IMG/VR virus record: IMGVR_UViG_3300046694_000296
Span: 1-64,000 of that record
DNA length: 64,000 nt
Direction: 5' to 3' (one strand)
Part shown: positions 9,855 through 24,556 of the stretch, one piece after another
Numbering within the stretch: the stretch's first letter is position 1
Layout of the letters: each line of letters begins with the position of its first letter
Notes under the pieces: generated by a model
What the model saw: only the letters and a program-made list of their open reading frames with translations
The model's database searches: none
Told to the model about the DNA's origin: nothing
Program-made: the position numbers and the translations under genes

Positions 9855-10216
9855 GCTACACGACACTTCCGCACAACGACCTGCTGGACTCGAGCAAATT
9901 CCAGCAGGAGAAAGAGAACCCCGCGATGGCCTCCAAGATGGACGGAGGCTACGTGGTCACGCGCCCGAAGCACACGCGAAAACCCCGGCGCACGTTCACC
10001 TGCGGCTTCACCGACTTCACCGACGCGCAGCGCGCCGACATCGACGCGCACTTCGACGCGATGCACGGCGGCAGCGCGATCTTCTACTTCGTCCACCCGG
10101 TGAGCAAGGAGACGGTCTACGTGCGCTTCTCGACCGACTCCACGCTGCAGTGGTCGTATTCCGGCTCCGGGCGCATGCCGCTCTGGAGCGTCACTTTCAA
10201 ACTCGAAGAGGCGTAA
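9851..10216 (+). CDS. Distal tail protein (gpM/Dit-like)
   Basis: Follows tape measure; ends 'VTFKLEEA'. Confidence 0.7.
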   Translation: MSYTTLPHNDLLDSSKFQQEKENPAMASKMDGGYVVTRPKHTRKPRRTFTCGFTDFTDAQRADIDAHFDAMHGGSAIFYFVHPVSKETVYVRFSTDSTLQWSYSGSGRMPLWSVTFKLEEA

Positions 10217-10852
10217 ATGCCAAACCTGATTTCCGTTGCGAGCATCATCGAGAAGAACAAGATCGGCTCGGACGTCCCGTATCTCGCCTTCATCGACGTA
10301 GGCGTGATCGACCCGACCACGGGCGACGTGTCCGAGACGCTCTACTACGTGAACAACACCGAGGCGGTGGTCCGGCAGGGCATCACGTATTCGCCCATGC
10401 AGTTCTCGCTGGAGCTCAAGACACAAGCGGGCGCCGCGCCCCAGATCACCGTGTCGCTCATCGACTACACGCGCGCGGTGATCGAGAAGATGAACAACTA
10501 CGGCGGCGGCACCGACTTCCCGGTGACAATTCGCGTGTGCCAAACGGGTGGGCTGAACGACACGCCCGATGTCGAGGAGCACTTCGTCATCACGCAAGGC
10601 GCGGTGGACAACTACGTCGTCACCTGGACGCTTGGCGCCGAGAACGCGCTCACCAAGCAGTTCCCGCGCCGGCTGCAACGGCGGGACTTCTGCCAGTGGG
10701 TTTACAAGGACGGGCGCACCTGTCGCTACAACGGCTCGCTTGCATCCTGTGACCGCACGCTTGCCGGACCACTCGGCTGCCGCGCGCACAACAACGTAAT
10801 CAACTTCGGCGGCTCGCCGAATCTGGTTTCAAGCAACCTCGTTGTCGCGTAA
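10217..10852 (+). CDS. Tail tip protein (lambda gpL-like)
   Basis: C-terminal four-Cys cluster 'CQWVYK..CRY..CDRT..GC...NFGG'. Confidence 0.8.
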   Translation: MPNLISVASIIEKNKIGSDVPYLAFIDVGVIDPTTGDVSETLYYVNNTEAVVRQGITYSPMQFSLELKTQAGAAPQITVSLIDYTRAVIEKMNNYGGGTDFPVTIRVCQTGGLNDTPDVEEHFVITQGAVDNYVVTWTLGAENALTKQFPRRLQRRDFCQWVYKDGRTCRYNGSLASCDRTLAGPLGCRAHNNVINFGGSPNLVSSNLVVA

Positions 10853-10853
10853 A

Positions 10854-11246
10854 ATGGATAAGTCACCCATTACATATGTTGACCTGATCGGGACACCCTT
10901 TCGGCGCGGCGCGCGCGGGCCAGACGAGTTCGATTGCTACGGCCTCGTCAAGTTTCTGATCGAGCGCGCCACGGGCCGCGAAGTGCCGGATTACCAGAGC
11001 CCGACGGACAGCGGCGCGACGCACGCGCTAATGATTACCTCGCGCGAGTTCTGGCACCGGCTGCCCGGCCAGCAGGTCGGCTCGATGGTGTTCTTCCGGA
11101 TCGGCCGTGAGGTCTGTCATGTCGGATATGTAATAAGTAACGGGTTATTCATTCACGCGTGGGAGCCATCGGGCGGCGTAACGATCGAGCGGCTCTCGGA
11201 GTGGGAAAAACGGATCGACGGGTTCTATGAATACATCGAAGGCTAA
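10854..11246 (+). CDS. NlpC/P60 tail tip protein (gpK-like)
   Basis: 'GTPFRRGARGPDEFDCYGL', 'HVG', 'FIHA' catalytic motifs. Confidence 0.85.
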   Translation: MDKSPITYVDLIGTPFRRGARGPDEFDCYGLVKFLIERATGREVPDYQSPTDSGATHALMITSREFWHRLPGQQVGSMVFFRIGREVCHVGYVISNGLFIHAWEPSGGVTIERLSEWEKRIDGFYEYIEG

Positions 11247-14200
11247 GGCGGCACCGCAATTCATCAAGGTTCGACGGATCACCAACCCGTTCGAGCCGAT
11301 GCGCGACGTGCGCGAAGAGCAATGGAAGTGGCGCAAGACCTACACGCTTGATCGCTACCTGCCGCTGGTCGAGGCAGCCGACTGCGTGGTGTCGCTCAAC
11401 GGCCGCGCGATCGAGCGCGAGAAGTTCGCCAAGACTCGCCTGCAGCCGAACGATTTCATTGTGATCTGCCCGGTGCCGCGCGGCGGTGGCGGCAAGGGCA
11501 TCTTCCGTATCGTCGGGATGATCGCCATCGCGGTCGCCTCGGTCTACACGGGCGGGCTCGCCGCGATGGCCTATACCGGGGCGGCAACAGTGGGCGCCGC
11601 GACCGCGACGATGGGCGGGATGATGGCGATGGCCGCGGCCTCGGCTGCCGTGACGATCGCAGGCTCGATGCTGCTCAATGCGATCCTGCCGCCGGCGGTG
11701 CCTACTGTCTCGACCGGCAGCGGCCTGGCCGCGAGCTCGACCTATGGTGTCGATGGCGCGAAGAACACTGCCGACGAGATGCTGCCGAACCCGGTGGTCT
11801 ACGGCAACTTCCGCATGGCCGGCAACGTGATCGGCGTGCATACCGAGGCTGCCGGCAACAGCCAGATCCTCTACATGCTCATTAATGCCGGGGAGGGGCC
11901 GATTGCGTCCATCTCCGACATCAAGATCAACGACCGCGCCCTCTCCGAATACACGGAAGTTTCGGTGCAAACGCGCCTGGGCGACGCGCAGCAAACGCCG
12001 ATCGACTGGTTCAGCTCTGTCATCACGCCCTATTCGAAGCAGTTGAAGCTCCCGGCCGACGGCACCTACCTCAATTTCACGACGCAGGGCAACGTCGAGG
12101 CGGTGCGCCTCGACTTCAACTTCCCCTCGGGCCTCTTCTCGGTCAACACGAAGAACGGCGACATCCAGAACAACTCGGTGGCGCTCGAAGCCGACTACCG
12201 GGTGGCGGGAAGCAACTCTGCGTGGACGCCATTCTCGGCATCGGCCCCGCGCTACGTCACCGCGCGCGTGCAGCCGATCACGAATGTCGGCGTGGGTAAC
12301 GTGCCCGGCGCGCTCTACGATGGGATGACCTACCAGTTCGACGGCACGCAGGTCATCACGGACCTCAACATCACGACCAACGACGGCCAGGTGCTCGACA
12401 CCGTGCGCGCCGCGGTGATGGCGAAATTCGGCAGCTACGTGGGCCAGCAAGTGAGCGAGTGGCCGGTCGCACAGGCGGGCGCGGTGAGCATGACCGTGAG
12501 CATCCCGGCCGGCACCGCCGCGCTTGTCGTGACCGAAGCGCTGCGCTCGACTGCGCGGCGCACCTATCTCTCGCCGCAGCTGCAATCGGGCAAGTATGAA
12601 GTGCGCGTGCGGCGCAATCCGAACTACGTCGACTACTCGTCCAACTCGAGCGGCAAGAAGATTACGACCGACACGAGCACGACCGCCTCGTCGGACTGCT
12701 ACCTCGGCGACCTGAACGAGGTCGTCTACGAAGGCGTCGGCTACAACCACACGGCGCTGCTCGCGATCCGCGTGAAGATGGACGACCAGATCAGCGGCGT
12801 GCCGACGGTCACCTTCAAGCACGGCGGGCGGGTCATTCCGACCTACACGCGCACCAACGGCGCGGTAAGCCAGATCAACCAGGCGAGCAACAATCCGGCA
12901 TGGGTGTTGTGGGATGCCCTCACGCACTGGCGCTACGGCGGGGGCATCGACCCTAGCCGCCTGGACCGCTCGGCCTTCTTCGATCTGGCCGAACACTGCA
13001 CGGCGAACAGCTTCACCTTCGACGGCGTGTTCGATACGAACATGAACATGTGGGACGCGTGCCAATACATCGCGCGCGCGGGCCACGCCCAGCTCGTGCC
13101 GGTCGGCACGCGCTACTCGGTCATCATCGAGCGCGCGTCGAACCCCGTGATGATGTTCGGCATGGGCAACATCGTCGAGGGCACGTTCAAGCAAAGCTGG
13201 ATGAGCCGCACCGACCGCGCGACTGAGGTAGACGTCACCTTTTTCGACCAGGACGACGACTACAAGCAAAAGACCGTAAAGGTTGCCGACGCGTCCGCCG
13301 CGCTCGAAGGCCGCCCGCAGAACGCCGCGGCAATCACCGCCTACGGCGTGGTCGACATTCAGCGTGCATACAAAGAGGGCGCGCTCCAGCTCAACATCAA
13401 CCGCTACCTCACGCAGACCTGTGAATGGCAGTCGCCGATCGAATCGATCGCGTGCGCGGCGGGCGATGTGGTGCTCGTGCAGCACGATCAGCCCGCATGG
13501 GCCGAGTCGGGACGTCTCGCGCCGGGCAGCACCTCCACCGTCATCAAGCTCGACAAGACGGTCACGATGGCCGCCGGCAAGAGCTACAAGCTCCTCATGC
13601 TCGCCAACACTGCCGTGCGCGGCACAGGCAGCGTGCGCTCGATTGGCGATCAGTTCATCGGCGTGCTGGGCACGCCCACGAACTACCGCGTGCGCCGCAT
13701 CCGCAATTCGGCAGGCGTCGAAACGGGCGTGACCGCGGTTGTCTCCGATGGCGTCTATGTCGAATCGACCGCGGGCTTTGCCGTGGGGCAGGGCGTCACC
13801 TTCTACGACACGGACGTGATCGAGGATCACGATGTGATTCTGCGCACGGGCGACACCGACACGGTGACGCTTTCGAGCGGCCTGTCGTTTGTGCCGGACG
13901 CATTCACGAACTACATGTTCGGCGAGACGACGAAGGTCAAGAAGCCCTTCCGCATCACCGAAATCTCGCTTGGGTCGAGCGATATGCACCGCGCGATCAA
14001 GGCGCTCGAGTATATCGAGGCGGTCTATGACCTGTCGTCATACGACGAAGTGGCAACGGGCCTCACGCCGCCGGCGCTCGACCCCTCGCAGGCGGCGATC
14101 GGCGTCGTGCAAAGCCTGACCGCGTATGAGGAAACCTACGTGCAGGGCGCGCAGATCCTCTCGCAGGTGCGCACGACGTGGGCGCAGCCGGTCGCTGGCA

Positions 14201-16812
14201 ACTACGCGGGCGCGAAGGTCTTCGTGCAGAAGAATGGCGGGGCATTCAACCTCGCGGGCACGGTCCGGGCCGACACGAGCTTCATCGTGCCGGGCGTGCA
14301 AAAGGGCGACCAGCTGACCATCAAGGCGCAGGCGTTCGACATCTGGGGCAAGGACTCGTCTTACGACCAGTCGCCGATGGTGAGCTACACGGTGATCGGC
14401 ACGGTGACGGCGCTTTCGACCGCCGTCGTCTCGGGCGCCGATTACCTCTGGGCCGGGCGCGACTGCAAGCTCTTCTGGCGCTACAACTCGGTGACAGCCT
14501 CGTTCGAATTCGGCAGCGAGCCGAATGGCGCCGATTCGGGCGCGCGCGACCCGCACTTTCTCGACTACGAGATCCGCGTCTATGAGAAGCCCAACTACGG
14601 CACGAAGAACCAGAAGCTCCTGCGCACCGAGCACACGACGGACAACTCGTATATCTACACCTACGAGAAGAACTTCGCCGACGGCCTGCACCGGGAACTT
14701 GTGTTCGAGATCGCCGTGCGCGACCAGTTCGGCAACATCGGCAAGGCAGCCGTGCTCGACTGCTACAACCCGCCGCCGACCGTGCTGACGGCGTCCACCA
14801 GCGCGAATTTCGAGAGCATCACGCTCAGCTTCACGCACAGCGACGACACGGACTACGCCGGCGCGCGCATCATGCTGCGCTGGTCAGGCGACGTCGGCGC
14901 GCCGACTACGCCCGCCTACGACGGCCCGGACACGACCGTGCTGCTCTCGGGCCTGATGTTCAACGCGGACTACTACCTCACGATCATCCCGTATGACGCA
15001 TTCGGGCTGGACAAGACGATTCCGTCCAACGAGATCCACGTCCACACGCCGTTTCTGGACGTAGAGGCGATCGCCGAGGGCGTTCTCAAGGACAGCCAGC
15101 TCATCCCGGCGCTGAAAACGCGCATCGATCTGGTGGACGCGCCCGAGTCGATCATCGGCTCGGTCAACCAGCGTCTCGCGGACGCCAAGTCGAAGCTCTC
15201 GGGCGACCTGACGGCTGCGATCTCGCAGGAACAGCAGCTCCGCCAGGGCGCGGACAACAGCATGGCCGCGCAGATCACGACGCTCGTGTCGGCAAGCAAC
15301 GCCAATACCGCGGCGATCATCTCTGAGCAGACCGTCCGCACGACCGCCGACGCCGCGCTCTCGACGCGAATTGACACGCTCGCGGCGAACACCGGCAGCA
15401 ACACGGCGGCAGTGCAGGCCGAGGCTACTGCGCGCACGAACGCCGACGCCGCGCTCGCGACGCAAATCAACACGGTCGCGGCCGCCTACGGGGTGGATGC
15501 GACGAACCTGTGCGCGAACCCGGTCGCAGCAGGCGGGCTAAACACCGGCTGGAGCTCGGTGACGGCCCTCGCGGGCACCGCCGGCGACGTGCCGCTTGGG
15601 GCGCCTGCCGCCTACGTGTTTCGCTCGAACATTCGAGACAACCCCTACTCGACACGCACGGTCAACGTCTCGGGCGGCCAGTCGCACTATCTGGAGATGC
15701 GCGCGGCGACCCCTGTGGCAGCCGTCAACATCTCGCTCGGGCTGAAGTGCTCGGGCGCCGGCAAGTCCGATACGTGGGTGTGGGCCGGGTCGCTCGCGGC
15801 GACTTCGACCTGGACGCGCCTCGCAGGCAACGTGACGATCCCCGATGGCTACACAAGCGCGCAGCTTTACGTGCTGATCGACTTCGGCGCGGGCGTGAAC
15901 AACGACAAGAACCGCTGGTATTTCACGGACGTCGAGTGGCGGCCTGCCTCGCAAGTTCAGCCGGCGATGGCGGCGATCAGCGTCGAGCAGACCGCGCGCG
16001 CGAGTGCCGACGGGGCGCTTTCCACCCGCATCGATAGCGTGAACGCCTCGCTTGGCACGACCAACGCGAACGTGCAGACGGAAATCAACGCGCGCGTGTC
16101 GGGCGACAGTGCGAACGCGAGTTCCATCACGCAGATCAACTCGACGCTCGGCGGCCACACGGCCTCGATCAGCACGCAGCAGAGCTCGATCAACGGCCTG
16201 AACGCACAATATTCCGTCAAGATCGACAACAACGGCTTGGTGACGGGCTTTGGCCTCGCGAGCTACCCGATCAACGGCGGCATCGTGTCGGAGTTCGCCG
16301 TCCACGCGCAGCGCTTCTCGGTGTGGATTCCGGGTTACCCCGGCATTCAGCCGTTCACGATCGGCGTGGTCTACGGGCAGCCGCGCGTCATCATCAGCAA
16401 CGCGCTGATCGGCGACGCCTCGATCGACAACGCCAAGATCGGCGACGCGCAGATCAACGGCGCGAAGATCGCTTACGCGGCGATCAACACCGCACACATC
16501 GGCGAGGCACAGATCGATACGCTGCGCATCGGCCAGAACGCCGTCACGACCGGCGTGTTCGCGCAAGGCGGCTCGAACCTCCAGGTGAGCTACTACTCGT
16601 CGGGCGGCTCCTGCACGATTCACTTCTCGGCGCCATTTTCGGCGGTCACCCTGTCTATCGACGGTGCGCAGCGCGCCAACTATGACACGGGCGGCGTCTC
16701 GGGCTACTACGCCGCCTATGTCGCGGGGTTCTACGTGGTTACGCTCGCGCCGGGCTGGCACACGATCAAGACCTCGGGCAACCAACTCGCTATTTTTGAG
16801 GCAAAACGATGA
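11227..16812 (+). CDS. Central tail fibre/tip attachment protein J, with fused gpI-like N-terminus
   Basis: 1861 aa; 'NNPAWVLWD', 'FGMGNIVEG' J motifs; FnIII-like segments; coiled-coil 'EQTARASADGAL' repeats; C-terminal 'IDNAKIGDAQI' repeats. Confidence 0.88.
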   Translation: MNTSKAKAAPQFIKVRRITNPFEPMRDVREEQWKWRKTYTLDRYLPLVEAADCVVSLNGRAIEREKFAKTRLQPNDFIVICPVPRGGGGKGIFRIVGMIAIAVASVYTGGLAAMAYTGAATVGAATATMGGMMAMAAASAAVTIAGSMLLNAILPPAVPTVSTGSGLAASSTYGVDGAKNTADEMLPNPVVYGNFRMAGNVIGVHTEAAGNSQILYMLINAGEGPIASISDIKINDRALSEYTEVSVQTRLGDAQQTPIDWFSSVITPYSKQLKLPADGTYLNFTTQGNVEAVRLDFNFPSGLFSVNTKNGDIQNNSVALEADYRVAGSNSAWTPFSASAPRYVTARVQPITNVGVGNVPGALYDGMTYQFDGTQVITDLNITTNDGQVLDTVRAAVMAKFGSYVGQQVSEWPVAQAGAVSMTVSIPAGTAALVVTEALRSTARRTYLSPQLQSGKYEVRVRRNPNYVDYSSNSSGKKITTDTSTTASSDCYLGDLNEVVYEGVGYNHTALLAIRVKMDDQISGVPTVTFKHGGRVIPTYTRTNGAVSQINQASNNPAWVLWDALTHWRYGGGIDPSRLDRSAFFDLAEHCTANSFTFDGVFDTNMNMWDACQYIARAGHAQLVPVGTRYSVIIERASNPVMMFGMGNIVEGTFKQSWMSRTDRATEVDVTFFDQDDDYKQKTVKVADASAALEGRPQNAAAITAYGVVDIQRAYKEGALQLNINRYLTQTCEWQSPIESIACAAGDVVLVQHDQPAWAESGRLAPGSTSTVIKLDKTVTMAAGKSYKLLMLANTAVRGTGSVRSIGDQFIGVLGTPTNYRVRRIRNSAGVETGVTAVVSDGVYVESTAGFAVGQGVTFYDTDVIEDHDVILRTGDTDTVTLSSGLSFVPDAFTNYMFGETTKVKKPFRITEISLGSSDMHRAIKALEYIEAVYDLSSYDEVATGLTPPALDPSQAAIGVVQSLTAYEETYVQGAQILSQVRTTWAQPVAGNYAGAKVFVQKNGGAFNLAGTVRADTSFIVPGVQKGDQLTIKAQAFDIWGKDSSYDQSPMVSYTVIGTVTALSTAVVSGADYLWAGRDCKLFWRYNSVTASFEFGSEPNGADSGARDPHFLDYEIRVYEKPNYGTKNQKLLRTEHTTDNSYIYTYEKNFADGLHRELVFEIAVRDQFGNIGKAAVLDCYNPPPTVLTASTSANFESITLSFTHSDDTDYAGARIMLRWSGDVGAPTTPAYDGPDTTVLLSGLMFNADYYLTIIPYDAFGLDKTIPSNEIHVHTPFLDVEAIAEGVLKDSQLIPALKTRIDLVDAPESIIGSVNQRLADAKSKLSGDLTAAISQEQQLRQGADNSMAAQITTLVSASNANTAAIISEQTVRTTADAALSTRIDTLAANTGSNTAAVQAEATARTNADAALATQINTVAAAYGVDATNLCANPVAAGGLNTGWSSVTALAGTAGDVPLGAPAAYVFRSNIRDNPYSTRTVNVSGGQSHYLEMRAATPVAAVNISLGLKCSGAGKSDTWVWAGSLAATSTWTRLAGNVTIPDGYTSAQLYVLIDFGAGVNNDKNRWYFTDVEWRPASQVQPAMAAISVEQTARASADGALSTRIDSVNASLGTTNANVQTEINARVSGDSANASSITQINSTLGGHTASISTQQSSINGLNAQYSVKIDNNGLVTGFGLASYPINGGIVSEFAVHAQRFSVWIPGYPGIQPFTIGVVYGQPRVIISNALIGDASIDNAKIGDAQINGAKIAYAAINTAHIGEAQIDTLRIGQNAVTTGVFAQGGSNLQVSYYSSGGSCTIHFSAPFSAVTLSIDGAQRANYDTGGVSGYYAAYVAGFYVVTLAPGWHTIKTSGNQLAIFEAKR

Positions 16813-17183
16813 ACGACATGACGCAAACCGCCTTTGTGATGGCGGACGCGACCGGCAAGATCACCCAGCGCATGAGCATGCCGCGCTGGATGGCTGAGCA
16901 CCAGGCGCCGCCGGAGGGCGGCTGTCTCGTATTCGAAGACGGCGACCTCGACGCTGACTACGTGAAGGAGGGCGCAGTCGTGCCGCGGCCCGCCAACTCC
17001 GCGACGCTCTCGGGCGCGACGCTCGAAAACCTGCCGGTGCCGTGCACGGTGACGGTCGAAGGGGTCGAGCACGCATGCGAGGAGAGCACCGCCGAGCTCT
17101 CGTTCAGTCACCCGGGAACCTACCCGGTCACCGTGTCGGCCTGGCCGATGCTCGACGCCACGTTTGAGGTGATCCAGCCATGA
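16809..17183 (+). CDS. Tail-associated hypothetical protein
   Basis: ATGA overlap with J; synteny. Confidence 0.65.
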   Translation: MNDMTQTAFVMADATGKITQRMSMPRWMAEHQAPPEGGCLVFEDGDLDADYVKEGAVVPRPANSATLSGATLENLPVPCTVTVEGVEHACEESTAELSFSHPGTYPVTVSAWPMLDATFEVIQP

Positions 17184-17368
17184 AGATCCACACGAAGATC
17201 GATGTCGCGCCACGGCGCGCCGCCGACTACATGCCGATTGGCGAGCAGCTCGATGCGCTGATGAAGGGGTTCGCGGCGCTCCAGGAGGCGGGCATCGCGC
17301 TGCCGGCCGAGACGCTCGCATGGATCGAGCACTGCCAGTCCGTGAAAAACGCACACCCAAAGGCTTGA
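17180..17368 (+). CDS. Small tail-associated protein
   Basis: 'Y.PIGEQLDAL.K...W..HC..VK..HPK' motif common after J-like genes. Confidence 0.65.
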   Translation: MKIHTKIDVAPRRAADYMPIGEQLDALMKGFAALQEAGIALPAETLAWIEHCQSVKNAHPKA

Positions 17369-17387
17369 TTAGATTGCCGGTAAGTAA

Positions 17388-22375
<4,988 letters not shown>

Positions 22376-22386
22376 CAGGAGCAACG

Positions 22387-22851
22387 ATGAAAGTAGCGTT
22401 TTTTAAAGGGCGGCACCCGGGCATCAAAGGCTGGCTGGGTGTCATGACGAAGTGGTGGACGGACGGCCCCTATAGCCATGCGGAGCTGGTGGTGGGCGAG
22501 ACGCCCGACGGCAAGAGCATCTGCTGGAGCTCGACCTACCTCGACCGCGGCGTGCGCCAGGCCGAGCTCGAGCTGAACCCGGCCGACTGGGACGTGCGCG
22601 AGTTGCGTCTCACGTCCGCGGAGCAGGCCGCCGCGCTCGCCTGGTTCGAGCAGCATGCAGGCGAACCGTATGACGTGCTGGGCTTGCTCGGCTTCGTGTG
22701 GCGGCGGGAGGAGGGCGCAAAGAGCAAATGGTTCTGCTCGGAGGCGGTCGCGGCGGCTCTCGGCTGGCCGGAAGCCTGGCGCTTTGATCCGAACACGTTC
22801 GCTGCGATCCTCAAGCCGGTGCAAGTCGAGCCGCAGGGGGTTCCGGCATGA
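22387..22851 (+). CDS. Permuted papain-like (YiiX/YebB-type NlpC/P60) amidase
   Basis: His before Cys: 'YSHAELV'...'PYD..G'...'WFCSE'. Confidence 0.75.
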   Translation: MKVAFFKGRHPGIKGWLGVMTKWWTDGPYSHAELVVGETPDGKSICWSSTYLDRGVRQAELELNPADWDVRELRLTSAEQAAALAWFEQHAGEPYDVLGLLGFVWRREEGAKSKWFCSEAVAAALGWPEAWRFDPNTFAAILKPVQVEPQGVPA

Positions 22852-23393
22852 CCTACGCGATCCTGACACTCGTCAACCTGCTCTTCACGGCGCTCGCGAT
22901 GGTGCTCGCGCCGGTCGTCGCGATCTTCTGCAAGGACGACGGCTACCTGCCGAAGTGGCTGTCGTGGTTTCAGACTTTCGACGCGCCGCTCGACGCGGGC
23001 ACGCGCGACGCCTACCCGGGGTTCGATCCAGGCAACTCCCGCTGGTGGAACCGCACGAAGTGGCTCTGGCGCAATCCCGCCTATGGCTTTGCTTACTGGC
23101 CGCTCGGGCAAGTGTTCGACCCCGCGCAATGGATCGTGACCAAGTTCGAAAGCGGTGCCGACTACACGAATTTCCATGCGCGAACGCGCGACGGCCGCCT
23201 CTGGTGCGTGAGCTACAACGGCGCATTCGGGCAATGGAAGCTCGGCTGGAAGGCGTGGAACTACTTCGACGGCATGGACGAGCACGGCAACGCCAAATGG
23301 AAGGGCGCGCCGTGGGGTCCGGAGTGGCGCGTGCCGATCTGCTTCACGCCGAACGTCGTCAAGGCCATCACGCGGCTTTTCTCTAAGGCGTAG
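22848..23393 (+). CDS. Conserved phage membrane-anchored Trp-rich protein
   Basis: N-terminal TM; 'LPKWLSWFQTFD..LD' and 'WLWRNPAYGF' motifs. Confidence 0.7.
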   Translation: MTYAILTLVNLLFTALAMVLAPVVAIFCKDDGYLPKWLSWFQTFDAPLDAGTRDAYPGFDPGNSRWWNRTKWLWRNPAYGFAYWPLGQVFDPAQWIVTKFESGADYTNFHARTRDGRLWCVSYNGAFGQWKLGWKAWNYFDGMDEHGNAKWKGAPWGPEWRVPICFTPNVVKAITRLFSKA

Positions 23394-23477
23394 ATAAGTT
23401 ACGAGTCACTTACTATAATGGTGGATAGGCGGTCATCCCGACGGCCCTCCCACTTCCCACATTCACAGGAGCCATAC

Positions 23478-23816
23478 ATGGCAATCAACAAGGACATCAC
23501 CCAGGACGCTACCGGCGTCGTCGTCGGTTTTCACGTCGTCCAGAGCGTCACGCTCGACAAGGCCGGCCAAACGGCTACGGCCGCTGTGGTGAGCTACGTC
23601 TCCGCCGACGCAAAGGCTGCGGGCAAGCAGATGGTCGGCATGCCGACGCATATCACCGTCGCGGGCCTGCCGGGCGACAAGGAGAACGCCTTCAGCTTCG
23701 TCGAGAAGCAGCTGGTGGCCTCTGAACCGGCCGACGCCGACAAGACGAACCTCGTCTACGGGTTCGGCGGTGCGCGCTACATGTTCGCCGACGGCAAGGT
23801 GGTCGCGGACGTTTGA
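23478..23816 (+). CDS. Hypothetical phage protein
   Basis: AGGAG RBS; upstream palindromic box plus TATAAT. Confidence 0.7.
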   Translation: MAINKDITQDATGVVVGFHVVQSVTLDKAGQTATAAVVSYVSADAKAAGKQMVGMPTHITVAGLPGDKENAFSFVEKQLVASEPADADKTNLVYGFGGARYMFADGKVVADV

Positions 23817-23898
23817 AATAAGTAAGCGGTGACTGGACAAAGGCGGTGCAGAATTGTTAACATCGCCTCTTCACACCATTCCGCGAGAGAGCGACGGC

Positions 23899-24228
23899 AT
23901 GAGTTTCGACCCGAAAGACCAGGAGAACCTGATGACCATCGCCCGAGAAGTTGCCAAGGCGACCGTTGATGAAATGGGCCAGCGCCTGGACGAACGCGAC
24001 AAGAAGTTGCGCGAGAGCATCGTCGAGGACGTCCGAAAGGAGCTGAAGTCCTACTTTGGCGACCAGTCGGCCTCGCAGCACATGATCGAGCACTCGCGCA
24101 TTGCCAAGTTCCTCACCTGGGTGGACGGGCTCGGCAACAGCTTCTGGAGCTCGGTCATCAGCAACGTCATCCGGTCGGCCATCGCCGGCGCATTCGCGGT
24201 TTTCGTCTACACCAAGTGGAAAGGCTAA
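23899..24228 (+). CDS. Lysis-region membrane protein (possible holin/antiholin)
   Basis: Coiled N-terminus, single C-terminal TM; directly upstream of lysis genes. Confidence 0.5.
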   Translation: MSFDPKDQENLMTIAREVAKATVDEMGQRLDERDKKLRESIVEDVRKELKSYFGDQSASQHMIEHSRIAKFLTWVDGLGNSFWSSVISNVIRSAIAGAFAVFVYTKWKG

Positions 24229-24232
24229 CCCC

Positions 24233-24556
24233 ATGCGTTTTCTGAACTCTCTCAAGACCCTGCTGGACGATCGGCTCGTCATCATGGCGGTCCCAGCGTT
24301 GCTGGTCCTCATGACCGATCTGCCAGTGCTCTTCAGCTTGGGCTATGCAGTGGCGATCGTGGTCGCGATCGTCGCGGTGGCCCACTCTCTGCGCCTCTTG
24401 ATCCTGCCGCACATCAAGATGGGCGAACTGGTCGGTTCGGCGCAGATGTCGCCAATGGCCTCCGCAATCATCTTTGCCACCGTGCTCAGCTTCATGGGCT
24501 TGATCGTGCATTCGATGGTTGCCTGGATTCAGGCCGCTGCCGGCCATGTTGCCTAA
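24233..24556 (+). CDS. Putative holin (3 hydrophobic segments)
   Basis: 107 aa, three TM-like stretches, overlaps endolysin start. Confidence 0.6.
   Translation: MRFLNSLKTLLDDRLVIMAVPALLVLMTDLPVLFSLGYAVAIVVAIVAVAHSLRLLILPHIKMGELVGSAQMSPMASAIIFATVLSFMGLIVHSMVAWIQAAAGHVA

Noticed and set aside
5679-9866. 1395-aa minus-strand ORF and similar long antisense ORFs (11149-13989, 32528-34465, 44087-45865, 57615-59468, 61144-63336)
   Set aside because: Shadow frames of GC-rich genes with strong codon bias; the translations lack motifs and lie opposite well-supported genes
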